The position numbers and the translations under genes are program-made. 64,000 nt of DNA from the human T2T-CHM13v2.0 reference genome, Homo sapiens. Below the pieces are notes generated by a model. The model had not been told where the DNA came from and did no database searches. It saw nothing but the letters and a program-made list of their open reading frames with translations. Location: NCBI RefSeq assembly GCF_009914755.1, contig NC_060932.1; one strand, written 5' to 3'. Positions 28,102 to 42,420 of the stretch are shown here, piece by piece (within the stretch, counting starts at the first letter, position 1; each line of letters starts with the position of its first letter).

Positions 28102-28798
28102 GTCAATATACCCAGCCATTTCACATTTTTTCACTTAAAGTCCATGTTATCTGATAAAAGTATGGCTATTCTTGCTAGTTTTTGGTTTCTGTTTGCATGG
28201 ACTATCTCTTGTAATGTCTTCAGTTTAGTCTATGCCTTTACAGGTGCAGTGAGTTTCTTATAGGCAGTATGCACTTAGATATTGCTTTTTAAATTATATT
28301 GTCACTTGGTTATTTCTGTTCTGGTTGTTTTGCACATCCTCTATGCCATTCTCATTCTCTTCTTGGTTATTTTTGTGGTTTGGTGGTTTTCTGTAGTGAT
28401 ATGGTTTTACTTCTTTCTCATTTATTTGTCTGCTCTACCAGTGAATATTACTCTTTTGTGTGTCTTCACAATGGTGGTTATCACCCTTTCACTTTCAGAT
28501 GAAGGGCTCCCATAAGCATTTCTTGTAGGACCATTCCAGTAGTGATAAATTTTTATTAGCTTTTCCTCATCCGGGAATAATTTTATTCTTACAACTCTAA
28601 TGTATAGCTTTGCTGGGTATAGTATTCTTGGCTGACATTTCTTCTTCTTTTTTCTTTCAGCATTTTCATTATATCACCCTGTTCTCCCCTAGCCTGTAAC
28701 GGTTCTGCTGAGAAATCTAATGTTAGTCTGGGAGCTTCTTGCTTATATTTGACTTGACTGTTTTGTCTTGCTGTTTTTAGACTTCTCTTTGTCTTTGA

Positions 28799-28988
28799 AG
28801 TTTTTTATTATGTATTTATATTGCTATATCAAGGTGTGGATATTTTGGGGGTATATGTGGTACTTTGATACATGTATACAAAGTTTAACGATCAAATCAG
28901 GAGAACTGTGATATCCATCACCTCAAATAATTTTTTCTTTTTTCTTTTTCTTGGGAAAATTACAAAATCACCAGGAGAGAAGGAAGAA
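28799..28988 (-). mobile_element. Short L1MA 3'-end insertion inside the larger L1M
   Basis: ttgatacatgtatacaaagtttaacgatcaaatcagg...tatccatcacctcaaa; 10-bp TSD ttgtctttga at 28789-28798 and 28989-28998. Confidence 0.8.
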
Positions 28989-30929
28989 TTGTCTTTGACT
29001 TTTGATAGTTTGATTATAATGCTCTTTGGAGAGCATCTTTGGCATTAGATCTGTTTGGTGATCTTTGAGCTTCCTGGATCTGAATGCACATATTTCTCCA
29101 AAAATTTGAGAAGTTTTCAGCTGTTATTTTATTATATAGATATCCTACACCTTTCTGATCTCTTCTCCTTCTAGAACTCCCATAATGGGAATATTTGTCC
29201 CCTGCATTTTGTTCCACACATTTTGTAGGCATTCCTTATTCTTACTTATTCTTTTTTGTCTGACTGGCTTATTCCAAAAATCCTGTCTCCAGGTTCAGAA
29301 ATTCTTTTTTCATCTTGATCTAGTCTGTTGTTGAAGCCCTTGATTTTATTTTTTAAATTGTATTCATTTTATTATTCAGTTTCAAGACTTCTGCTTAGTT
29401 CTTTTTGTGTAATATCTCTGTTGAATTTCTCATTCAGATCATGAATTGTTTTCCTACTTTTTGAATTGTCTATTTTTATTCTACTGATTCTCACGGCGTA
29501 TCTTTAACATCATTAATTTAAAAATCATATAGGCATTTTGTAGCTGTCCTTTTCTTTGGGATTTGGAATTAGAAAATGATTTTGTTCCCTTGGGGGTGTC
29601 ATGTTTCTTGCTTTTTAGACATTTCTTGTGTTCCTACATTAGTATCTATACAACTGACAAAACAATTTCTCCTAATATTAGAATGTAGTTTTAGTAGGAA
29701 AAAACTTTTTCCTGTAGATGTGTCTCATAGTGTCAGTTGGGTAGGGTGCTTTGGTTTGTATTCTGCATGAGTACAGTAGTGCAGTCTTCATGATATTTAT
29801 TTGGTTGTAATCAATGTCTGCATGTTTGTAGCTGTCTGAGTAGCCTTGGCTGCAGGTGTTTGTGGAAGTGTTGGTTCAGCTCTAATGCAGATGGAGACTT
29901 TGGGGTGGCCTTGTTTTGGGGATATAGAAGGTCACATGAGCCATCTCTGCTTCTCAGTGGAATGAGTTTTCTGGCAGTGGTTGGCCTCAGGTGGGCTGGT
30001 CCTTGGGTCCCTGGGGAGCATGTGTGAGCATTCAGCAACTCCACTGCTTGGAGTGGGGGGAGTGTTCACTGCTGGCAGCAGTACCCAAAAGGCCAGTCCT
30101 TGGTCTCCTGCAAGAGGCATATATCCAGGGTGCTTGTTGGTAGTGGGCCTCAAGAATTCAGCTCTCAGGGTCTTGGGAGCATGCACTTTGGCTCCCCCTG
30201 TCTTGAGAGTGGCCTCCCGACTCTGCTTGACGCCTTGTGGTATAGGGTACTTCATGGTCTTGAGTGCTGGGTTCAGGTTTGTGTCCCTGAGTGCAGCTGG
30301 GGTCATAGTCCTGCATCATTCTCCTTGGCTGTGGTGGGATGATCGCTGCGTTCTCAAGATGTGGAGATGCTACTGGCCCTGTGGGCAGGATGTACTCTGA
30401 TAGTTCTTCTGTCCTGAAAATGGCACCATGCTGCAGCAGCCTGAGGCCCAGGGAACAAGAGAGGAACCCGGTGTGAGTTCTCTCCCCGGAGCAAAACAGT
30501 CATGTGGGCTGCAGGCAGCTCCCTACCCTTGGCTCAGGGCCTATGAGGACTGTGGGGGCTTTTCTGAAGCCCTGAATACAGGCATCTGGGGTGGGAGTGT
30601 GACCTGCTGGGGATCTCCCACTTACCTTCTCCCTACAATGGGGAGTCCTTTTTTGGCACTGAACGGATCCTACCTGCGCACTTCACGTTCATCTTTATGC
30701 TGCCATCTTGAGTTTCCATGCCTTAGAGGGTCTTCTTTACTCTGTTGCTTCAGTACAGTGTTCTCCCCTAGACACTGCACTTGACATGTGCTTACCTACT
30801 TGTCATTTTGGTTCCTCTTTGTGAAGGAGGAAAGTGCTGGGCACTCTAGCTAGACATCTCGATGTCTGCTAAGCTTTGCATGACTTTTAGACATTTCTAG
30901 ATGGTACGTCAAGCCACTGTGGCCAGTGA

Positions 30930-31500
30930 GCATTTAGAAAAAAACAGTATGGAGCTTGGGAGAGGTTCACAACCAGACACACAGAAATGGGGGTCCCTAA
31001 CCACAGATGCCACCTAAAATACTAAGACTCTGTCAGAGTATCAAAGGAAGGCACGTGAAAAGAAGAGGAATGAGGATGAGCTGCAGTCTCTTTCATATTT
31101 AGAGGTCAAGGAATTGAGGAAGAAATGACAAAGAAAAAAGAATCTGTGGTAGGGAGGACACCAAGAATATGGTGTTTTGTGAAAAATCCATAAAACTAAA
31201 GATCTTAAGGAGGAGGGAGTGATCACATGTGTTGAATGCTACTAAGAATGTGAATTAGATGAGCTCTAAGATGAGACGTGTGGGCTTGACTGGATGGAGG
31301 ACATGGATAACCATGGCAAGAAAGAACAGCAGAGTTGTAGGCATGGAAGAAGCGCTAAAGTGGATTGGCAGAATGGGATGTGAGGAAGCGGAGTAAGTGG
31401 TTCTGCAGATCTCTCAGGTATCTTAACTAACATGGATGAAGAGAAGTAAGAATATGTCAGAGAGGATTTTTTCTTTTAATGGAGAATATTGCAAGAGAAT
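30930..31500 (-). mobile_element. L2 relic
   Basis: Purine-rich; aaggaggagggagtgatcacatgtgttgaatgctact is typical antisense L2. Confidence 0.6.
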
Positions 31501-32499
31501 AAGAATGATTCAATAAGTATATAAATGATTTTGCAGGAAAGAAATATTGTTGCTACTTTGATTCAAATAATATGTATTTTCCTTGACAAAATATTAATTT
31601 ATAAACAAAATGAAAAGATTTCCCAAAAATCAAAAATAAAATATACTATATAGTTTCAATTTACTGAAAAAAATTCATTTGATATGGGTCCATTCAAATA
31701 GAGAGACCACTTCTCCTGATTCAGTTAAACCAAAAGAATCCAAATATATCAACTGATCTCTATGATCTTTGCCTCTGTGCATGTGCATACACACATGCTC
31801 ACACACACAGGCACAGAAACACACATGCACACACATACACACACACCCCAAGAAAAATGTATGCATCATTGGGTTTCTTCCTTGATAGCACTATTTTTAA
31901 GTTTTTCCTTTTGATGTTCTTCCGTAAACTACATTTGTTTTTCTGAATAACATGTTTGTGTCAGAAACTGTGATGGCAGGCAAATGAATAGGAAAAATAT
32001 TTTATAATTTTCCAAGATTTAGAACTGACAGCACAATATAAATCAGTACCAAGACCCTACATCTTGGAATAAGATAATTTATAAATGCTTTAATTAATAA
32101 CTGTAGGTTTGAAATTAATGGGTTAGAAATGACAACTCAGAACACACTGGAAGGAACACTGGAAAACTGACGCTATAATGTATCTGATTCATTCCACTTC
32201 AAATTATGTATCAGAAGAAAGGCCTTTCAAACAGTGAATTTCCTCATAAAAAACATGATAACAAGTTTATGTCTGGAAATTATTAACACGGTTGCAAGAA
32301 GAACGATTACACATTTTAAAAGAAAATGCACACTTTCTTAGAAAATAAATATTATCAAATAATTTTACTTGTTTTCACCTGAGGTTGTAAGGGCCAATCA
32401 TAAAACAACTAAAAATGTAATTAATGATAAGGAGACAAACTGACCAAATATATCTACCATAGATACTGGATAAATATACGTTTAAATTTCCTACAAAAG

Positions 32500-33625
<1,126 letters not shown>

Positions 33626-34394
33626 AACAAAAATTACACATATAAGCTTTTATATCTGTATGCAACACATACCAATAGCCCACAGTATACAGTGTGAAAT
33701 TACGAAGACTGAATTTCAACCTAGAAAAAAGTACTTTGAACACACACACCCACACACAAAGAAAGGGAGTTAGAAAAATATGTCATTAATTCTGGGATAT
33801 CCTTGCTTTATTTGAGATGTTTAGCCCCACATATAAACACTAGGAGTCTCTTATAAACTACAATTCAATGCACTGCTATGAAGAAGAGGATTCACACATT
33901 ATTTCAAATGTAACTATATGACTATTAGCCTATGCTACAAAAAGTCAAAGCTGCTAGTGATTCAGGGTGGGAAATAAAGTTTGCACAGGCAGTGAAAAGC
34001 GAAATTCCTCTAAAACACAGCAGTCTTGGGACGGCGGCATCAGCTGGCAGGAAGCCAAGAAACTTGGTATTTCATGCTAGAATCTCCCAGATGGTTCTCT
34101 GGAACTTTAAGTATTACTGACATCCCCGCCCTCAGGGCCCTGCCAAGTCCCTTTTGTCAGCTTTAAATGGTACATAAATTACCGTAATTCTCTTTGTGCT
34201 GCCCTGCTACAGAGAGAATTAGTCTCAGCTCAAGACAGCTAAAGAAGCTGGATGTCCCCCATCCACTGGAAAGGATTCCTGAGAAGACCTGGCTTAGTTT
34301 TCCCTGTCTCAGCCCACCTGTGGTTTCAAAATGGCCTAAAAAGCAGCCCCCCTCTTTCCTTGCCCTCCATCTCCCCCCATCCCCCCTTGCCCCC

Positions 34395-34812
34395 CGCCAA
34401 CCCCCACACTCTTCCTAGCCCCTGGTAGCCACTGTTCAACTCTCGACTTGGATGAGATCAACTTTTTAAACTTCCACATGAGTGAGAATATGGAGGCGGG
34501 GGTTAGGGCGTGGACAAGAAGTGGTTGATTTTGGGGTATGAAAGTCCAGCTAGATAGGTGCAATCAGTTCCAGTGTTCGACAGCACTGCAGGGTGACTGT
34601 CATGAACAACAATTTGCTGTGTATTTCAAAATAGCAAGAAAACAGGAATTTAAATGTCTCCAACACAAAGAAATGATGAATGTTTGAAGTGATGAATATG
34701 TTAATTCCCATGATTTGATCAATGACACACTGTATACCAGTATTGAAACACTGCATGTACCCCATAAACAGGTACAATTATTATGTATTAATTAACAATT
34801 TCTTTAAAAAAA
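34395..34812 (+). mobile_element. L1MA 3' end with 5' inversion (inverted part ~34395-34492)
   Basis: Antisense L1MA segment (gatcaactttttaaacttccacatgagtgagaatatg) joined directly to the sense segment that follows it in the consensus (gaagtggttg...ttcaaaatagcaagaa...taccccataaa). Confidence 0.8.
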
Positions 34813-34854
34813 CATTTTTTTAAGTGAACAAGTACAATCACACTGACAAAAGAG

Positions 34855-35050
34855 AGAGTCTGGGCTTTGCTGCTTACTCAACGAGAGTCTTGAAAGAATT
34901 GTTTAACCTTTCTTCTGTCTTATCCGTAAAATGAGAATGATGCCGATTTCCCTGGGGGATTTCTGGGATTCAAGAATGCAGTGCAAGCAAGGTGTGTACT
35001 TCTTCTTGGCATCCAGCAGACACTTGATCAATGGCAGTTCTGTTCATTAT
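34855..35050 (-). mobile_element. MIR
   Basis: tttaacctttcttctgtcttatccgtaaaatgagaat. Confidence 0.6.
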
Positions 35051-35439
35051 TATCCTCATGGCAACCCTTCATAAAAACCTTGTCATGTCTGCCAGACCCA
35101 GGCACATTCTGCCACCATTTGAAGTATTCTGTTATTTCAAATCTCACGAGTCTTTATAACCAAGAAAAACTCATCTGTCTTCTCTCTGACTCTGCAATTT
35201 CTAACTCCAATTTTATCTAAAATGACCTCTTATCTTTTGAATTCCCGGCAAATTTTATCACCTGCACCCTTCCTTCTCTATTGCAGTAGTGGTATTTTGC
35301 TTCTCTTAAGTGTGGTTTTCACAAACTACTTAGATGAAGAAATTGTGGATGCTTGAGGAGTAAGGTGAGATTCATTAAATTTCAAGAGAGTAGCAAGTTG
35401 AGAGTCATGTGAAAATGATAGTGGCAAATGTGGCAAGGA

Positions 35440-36560
35440 AAATTTCTGAAGCAGAACCCGTCAAAATGCCAGTGAAATGGGCAGAGATAGAAAATGCTTA
35501 AGCACAACAACAAAGATTAACCAGTGCACCAGGGAAAGTAAGCAAACAAAACAGTGATGGAGAAACAGTTAAAAAAAAAAAAAGTTTTGCTGCATAAGAT
35601 GGGAGAATAAGCTAGTGAGAATTTCAGGAGAATTTCTGTAACCCCTGAAATAAAGTAACCCAAGCATCACAGGCAGATTTCAGTAAATTATTGAAATCTG
35701 CCCTCAGATGTATGAAAGAGGGTAGAGTAAGTATTAAAAAATGAGAGACTGGGAATGTAAAAGTCGCAATGCAATAATGGATATAGAATAAACCAGAACA
35801 CTGTTAGATGCGATAAAATGCAGAATTAACATTTACATCAATCAACCAAAGATGTGTGGAGTGACCGCTGAAACTTTGAAGGAGCAAAAGATGAAAAGAA
35901 GATGAGAGAAAATTATAGATCACTACATGAAAGCAAAAGATATTGAAGTTTCTTGAGAAATAATTATGGGCGCAGAATCAATAATTAGAAAAATAATGGA
36001 AGATACACTTTCACGACTGATTAAAGAGTTGAGAAGGAAGATAAAAGTGCTTCATTATGGCCCCTGTAAATGAAATAAAGCTGTATGACAATAATAGGAA
36101 TACGTCACCTCACAGAATTCACACTAACAACACCAGAAGAATTCTGTACACAAACCCAGAAGAACAAGCAGATTATATTTGAGGAAATACAAATCAAAGT
36201 TAGTTTTGTCTTTTTTTGGTAGCATAACAAAACCGTAGAGGTACTGGACCAACAACACTATGAGCACTGGATAGAAGGGAAAACGATGTTCTGCTTAGTA
36301 TGTCTACTTAGCAAACAGGCTATTTTATGTGAGAAGGAAGAGAAAATATTTACAGATTTTTAAATGTCTCAGGTATCGTATCAACACACTCCTTATCACC
36401 AACTTGGCTGAAAGGTGAACTTCAAATAATAAGATTAATTTAAAAAACAGTTACTTAAGGAGGTTCTTTACAAATACACTAAAAAGAATGATCTCCAAAA
36501 AGTTATGTAAACCAGAAAGGAAGAGGGTTGAGTGGATAAAAATACACGTATGTATATTTA
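35440..36560 (+). mobile_element. Possible very old L1 ORF1/HAL1-like relic
   Basis: A-rich strand bias and faint ORF1-like motifs only. Confidence 0.35.
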
Positions 36561-36772
36561 TTCTTACATATTAAACAATATAATTTAACATATGTAGAAA
36601 GGGCAACCAAGTTCCTCCTGGGGTTGAGCCCTGGGGCTGTGTTCTCATAAGGAGGTGTCTCATCGGAGGCCAGGTGATAGGTGTGGCGGCCAGCAGAGGA
36701 AGTGCCAGGGAGGCAGCTGAAACTCAAGGACTCTGAACACCCCCAGCCCCAGGACGAGCTGTCAGGGAGACG

Positions 36773-36895
36773 GCCCTGGGGGAGAGGGTGCAGGTGAGCC
36801 AGGCTCTATGTCTGGCATCATCTGTCACAGACACTACTTAAGTGCCTCAGATTCCTACTACCCGCTATTTCTAGACATCCAAAGAGACAAGGAGG
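36773..36895 (+). repeat. Non-repeat 123-bp segment; donor copy of the inverted duplicate at 38736-38858
   Basis: Hand alignment to the reverse complement of 38736-38858: 115/123 identical, no gaps. Confidence 0.97.
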
Positions 36896-37855
36896 CTTGC
36901 CGGAGTTTGCATGCTAACAAGAACACTGGAGGTAGGGGAGTAAACACGTTTTTACACATGTGTAGAGAGGAGAAGGTGCCGAATGGGTAAGTACTCACAT
37001 TCTCACCACTGGTCATGGCCAGAAAGGGGGAATAAGTTACTTCCAGTCACTCTTCCAATAATGCTCTATGGAGCAGCAGTTACACAGATACTTTACGTTT
37101 CATTCATTCCCTCATCTTTCATTCATCTTCAACCACGCCTCTAAATATCTCTATGTCTCCCAAAAAAGCATGCTAATATTTTTCTTAGGAAAACTTACAT
37201 CTGCATATTCAGTAAGTTTCTGGAATAAATAAACTCCGAATTTGGGGTGTCATGAAGATAAAAGAAAGGAGGCAATGATTGACTGTATAGGAGATTTCGA
37301 GATAATTCAACAAGGTTGCTCATGGTTGGCAGTGATTTACTTCCTCCACACCTGGATTTTTTAAATGCTTTTCAAGGTCTTAAATTTTAAAAACACCATA
37401 AAACTAAAATAAATATAAAAGTGTAATGACACTATTTGATGTCGGATAATTTGAAAATAAATATTGGCAACATCACTTAATAAATGTGTTGATGTTCACA
37501 CTTAACTAATTTAGGAAGTTTTGCTTATCTTTGATATAGAGTTTCTAATATACATTTTCATACAAGATGTTGTAAGAATTGAACAAACGTATATACCAAG
37601 TGCCTAACATAGAGCTTGGTGTCATGGTTACAGTTTTACAAATGATAATTACTATTATTATAAAAATCATAGAAATTGAATAAACAGAATTTACATAGTG
37701 GAAAAGTGGTGATTTAAGTGGTTTAGAGGGGAACTCAATTGTGAATCATCATGAAATCTATTTTGTAACATTAGGTAACCTATACAATATTTTTTTTGTA
37801 GAAGTAAAAAGGAAAACTTCTGCCTTTACTCATCTCATTACTAAGAATATTTTTT

Positions 37856-39079
37856 AGCTTCATCCATGTCCCTAAAAAGGACATGAACTCATCATTTTTT
37901 ATGGCAGCACAGTATTACATGATGTATTTGTGCCACATTTTCCTAATCCAGTCTATCATTGTTGGACATTTGGGTTGGTTCCAAGTCTTTGCTATTGTGA
38001 ATAGTGCCACAGTAAACATACGTGTGCATGTGTCTTTATAGCAGCATGATTTATAATCCTTTGGGTATATACCTAGTAATGGGATTGCTGGGTCAAATGG
38101 TATTTCTAGTTCTAGATCCCTGAGGAATCGCCACACTGACTTCCACAATGGTTGAACTAGTTTACATTCCCACCAACAGTGTAAAAGTGTTCCTATCTCT
38201 CCACATCCTTTTCAGCACCTGTTGTTTCCTGACTTTTTAATGATTGCCATTCTAACTGGTATGAGATGGTATCTCACTGGGGTTTTGATTTGCATTTCTC
38301 TGATGGCCAGTGATGATGAGCATTTTTTCATGTGTTTTTTTGGCTGCATAAATGTCTTCTTTTGAGAAATATCTGTTCATATCCTTTGCCCACTTTTTGA
38401 TGGGGTTGTTTGTTTTTTTTCTTGCAAATTTGTTTGAGTTCATTGTAGATTCTGGATATTAGCCCTTTGTCAGATGAGTAGGTTGCAAAAAGTTTCTCCC
38501 ATTCTGTAGGTTGCCTGTTCACTCTGATGTTGGTTTCTTTTGCTGTGCAGAGGCTCTTGAGTTTTATTAGATCCCATTTGTCAATTTTGGCTTTTGTTGC
38601 CATTGCTTTTGGTGTTTTAGACATGAGGTCCTTGCCCATGCCTATGTCCTGAATGGTATTGCCTAGGTTTCCTTCTAGACAAAAAACCAAACACCACATG
38701 TTCTCACTCATAGGTGGGAATTGAACAATGACCAACCTCCTTGTCTCTTTGGTTGTCTAGAAATAGCAGGTAGTAGGAATTTGAGGCACTTAAGTGGTGT
38801 CTGTGACAGATGATGCAAGACATAGATCCTGGCTCACCTGCGCCCCCTCCCCCAGGGCAGGTGAGAACACTTGGACACAGGAAGGGGAACATCACACACG
38901 GGGGCCTGTTATGGGGCAGGGGGAGGGGGGAGGGATAGCATTAGGAGATATACCTAATGTAAGTGACGAGTTAATGGGTGCAGCACACCAACATGGCACA
39001 TGTATACATATGTAACAAACCTGCATGTTGTGCACATGTACCCTAGAACTTAAAGTATAATAAAAAAAAAAGAAAAAAT
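37856..39079 (+). mobile_element. L1PA4-like element, 5'-inverted (antisense 37856-38676, sense 38677-39079), carrying a foreign insert
   Basis: Low-divergence ORF2 C-terminus (ORFs at 37915 and 38328: ELEIPFDPAIPLLGIYPKDYKSCCYKDTCTRMF), 3' UTR G-tract and poly(A); 13-bp TSD agaatatttttta at 37844-37856 and 39080-39092. Confidence 0.95.
38732..38861 (-). other. Templated insertion: inverted copy of 36773-36895 inside the L1 3' region
   Basis: Interrupts the L1 sequence gaacaatga|gaacac with TGA repeated on both sides. Confidence 0.95.
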
Positions 39080-39544
39080 AGAATATTTTTTAAAGAAATA
39101 CTAAACACTAAGAATGAAAAGATTCAGATGAATGAACTGAGACACTTATTTTAGCGATGTGTGAGAAAATTTTAAAATCACTGATTTATTCAATCACTCC
39201 TTCAGTCGGTTTTATTGTACTTCCAGCTTATCTATTATGGAAAATTTTCTGCGAGTTTTATGTCATGAATATTTTAAAATTTAAAACAAATAAAATTATC
39301 ATTCTATTTAGACCGAATAGAGGACAGAACGCCTCCGTAATGCTCCACCACCTACGCTTTTCCCATTATGGAAAGAGACACATCAGCTGTCACTCTCCTA
39401 CACTGGGAAACGGTGACAAAAGTGACCAGTTAGAGCCATGAGACAGGAATGATCCATGGACCCTTGCACATAAATTTTTAAAAGTCTGAGAACTTAAAGT
39501 CCTCATGCTTAGTATTTCTGAGCTCAGACTTAAGTGAGAATATC

Positions 39545-39700
39545 TCAGTGCAAATCCCAGCTTTGTCTCTTGCAAGCTATCTGACCTTGGGCAAGACACT
39601 GTATCAGCGGTCCATGTGCCAGTTTCCTCCTCTTTACCTGGGGACAAAATTAATGCGTGCTCAGTAGGATTCTTATGAGAATTTACTCTAAGTATTCAGT
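39545..39700 (-). mobile_element. MIR
   Basis: caaatcccagctttg...tgaccttgggcaag...cagtttcctcc. Confidence 0.7.
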
Positions 39701-41247
39701 AGATAAGGTCAACTCAAAAGTTTCTATGTCAAGAAAGTGATTGGTTTCGGAAATCTGGGCAATTAGAGAAACAATATTATCTGGACCCCTTTACAAACAC
39801 AGAGATGAAAGGAGATTAAAGCATGGACAATGACTAAAAAATATATTTAAGCCTTTCCCCCACCCATAGTTATAGTAAATCATTTTACGTTCACTGTTTC
39901 TTTAGCCAAGTCAACTTTGTCATAAGAAAAAATAATCCATTGCTATTAAATACAATTTTAGACAATTTTCTCAGGACAATGTTTTGGTGATTCTGCCTTC
40001 TATAGGCAAGGAGTCTTGCACAAGTCGTTGAACTATTTTTCATTTCAGCTTCCTCATCTTTAAAATGAAGAAGGTAGGCTATTCTACCAAGATTGCCTCT
40101 AAATTTTATTCAATTCCAATTTTCTATAACTGTTTCTATGTTAGAAGCTATATCTAGTGGATATAACAGATCTAATCTGGGAAAGGGAAGAAGCTATAAG
40201 ATATCATCAACCTAACAAAAAGAAAACAAAAGATGCTTAATCATCTTCAACTGCAGGGCTATTTGCTTCCTATTAATTAACAGAATAATCAGAGTGATAT
40301 TTTGTTCTAGAATCCAAGGGGTCTGCTTGATGCCTTCTGTCCTGGAGCACACGTCTGTCAGCCCACCAGCCAGGTGTGAGGCTAGCTGTTCAGGAAGCAA
40401 TTATCAGGTTGGACCCAACTCTGTGGCCATGGTAAAGGGGAACTCATGCCCCAGTGAAGCGATGAGGGCAACGCTTAAGTTGCTGGCATTTCAGCCTCTC
40501 CCATGTGCAGTTTCTTACTTGGTAAGTGTGTCAAAAAATTGCAAATGCATCTCTCCAATTGACGTATACAAGTCGCGTATCCACTTCTCCCCTCTACATC
40601 AGTGAAACACCGGTAAGGATAAAGAAAATGAATTCATTAGGAGAAAGTAAATGATTCCAGCCTGAACATAAGGACATGAATTGACAGAGAATACATATCT
40701 GTGTATATGCTTTTGTGAAAACACTGAGGCAAGTAGGGTGTGCTGTACTGTGGGGCTGGACATCAGGGAGTCGGCAGGAGAAGTGGCCGACTCCTGCCTT
40801 CTGCGCCGCGTCCCTTGCCTGCAGCCCAGGCTTCTCACTCCACATGGCCTGCCTCTGTCTTCCCATTCCCGTCACAGGAAAGAGCAACACAGCCGGAGCT
40901 TGGGGGAGGACAGTAGAGAAAGCACATGGGTACTTGAAGTCCAAATGTCTTTTGAGCGCAGGCTCTGTTGCTGATTTGGCCTGGCATGGGGTAAGTTACT
41001 CAGCCCAGTCCCCTCACCCTCAATATCATCTTACAGGGTCTCTGAAAATGAGGTCTTAGGAAAGAAAATCTTAGAAGGTCTTTAAAGAGGTCAAATGAAG
41101 CAACATTTGTCACTTGCTTAACACATTACGTGGCACAAAATAATGCCTCAAAAAATGCTGGTGACTCTCTTGCAGAAGAATAACATACGATAAAAAAATC
41201 ACATTTCAGATTATGTAAGATATAGAGGCAGGATAAAAAATTCCTTA

Positions 41248-41953
41248 CTTTTTAATGATTGCCATTCTAACTGGTGTGAGATGGTATCTCATTGTGGTTT
41301 TGATTTGCATTTCTGTAATGACCAGTGAGGATGAGCTTTTTTGCCTATGTTTATTAGCCGCATAAATGTCTTCTTTTGAGAAGTATCTGTTCATATCCTT
41401 CCCCCACTTTTTGATGGGGTTGTTTTTTCCTTGTAAATTTGTTTAAGTTCCTTGTAGGTTCTGGATATTAGCCCTTCGTCAGAGATACATGCACACGTAT
41501 GTTTACTGCAGCACTATTCACAATAGCAAAGACTTGGAATGAACCCAAAGGCCCATCAATGATAGACCAAACAAAGAAAACGTGGCACTTATACACCATG
41601 GAATACTATGCAGCAATAAAAAAGGATGACTTGATGTCCTTTGCAGGGACATGGATGAAGCTGGAAACCATCACTGTCAGCAAACTAACAAAGGAACAGA
41701 AAACCAAACACTGCATGTTCTCAGTAATAAGTGGGAGTTGAACAATGAGGACACAAGGGCACAGGAAGGGGAATATCATACACCAGGGCCTGTTGGGGGG
41801 TGAGAGGCTAGGGAATGAATAGCATTAGGAGAAATACCTAATGTAGATGACAGGTTGATGGATACAGCAAACCACAATGGCATGTGTATACCTATGTAAC
41901 AAACCTGCACGTTCTGCACATGTATCCCAGAACTTAAAGTATTAAAAAAAAAA
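41248..41953 (+). mobile_element. L1PA7-like element, 5'-inverted (antisense ~41248-41482, sense ~41483-41953)
   Basis: ORF2 C-terminus (MFTAALFTIAKTWN...), 3' UTR and poly(A); 13-bp TSD aaaaaattcctta at 41235-41247 and 41949-41961. Confidence 0.93.
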
Positions 41954-42038
41954 ATTCCTTAACTGGCATGTTATAGATTTGGAAATGATCTGTACCTATC
42001 CTCCAAAAGAAGAGAAGGTTTACTCAAAATCTGTGGCC

Positions 42039-42420
42039 AGCCAGGCACGTTGGCTCACGGCTGTAATCCCTGCACTTTGGGAGGCCGAGGCAGGTAGATC
42101 ACTTGAGGTCAGGAATTTGAGATCAGCCCGGCCAAAATGGTGAAACCCCTCTCTACTAAAAATATGAAAAAAGATTAGCTGGGCATGGTAGCAGATGTCT
42201 GTGATCCCAGCTACTCAGGAGGCAAAGGCAGGAGAATCCCTTGAACTGGGGCGGTGGAGGTTGTGGTGAGATGAGATCACTATTGCCCTCCAGCAGGGGT
42301 GACAGAGTGAGACTCCATCTCTAAAAAAATAACATAACATAACATAACATAACATAACATAACATAACATAACATAACATAACATAACAATAAATAAAAT
42401 AAAATAAAAATATAATAAAT
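42039..42420 (+). mobile_element. AluS (Sz-like) with (TAACA)n tail microsatellite
   Basis: Full dimer; about 12 TAACA units at ~42330-42389. Confidence 0.93.

Noticed and set aside
28960-28988. Possible fifth L1 5' micro-inversion (purine-rich end of the short L1MA)
   Set aside because: Only ~20 bp and too diverged to distinguish from untemplated or chance sequence.
37915-38735. ORFs with real protein similarity
   Set aside because: L1 ORF2 C-terminal fragments from a truncated, frameshifted element.
36808-38895. Two ORFs with similar peptides (MSGIICHRHYLSASDSYY.. / MSCIICHRHHLSASNSYY..) resembling a paralogous gene pair
   Set aside because: A by-product of the inverted DNA duplication; most nucleotide differences change the amino acid, so there is no sign of coding constraint.
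42330-42389. Regular short repeats as a CRISPR-like array
   Set aside because: Alu-tail (TAACA)n microsatellite without spacers; eukaryotic DNA.
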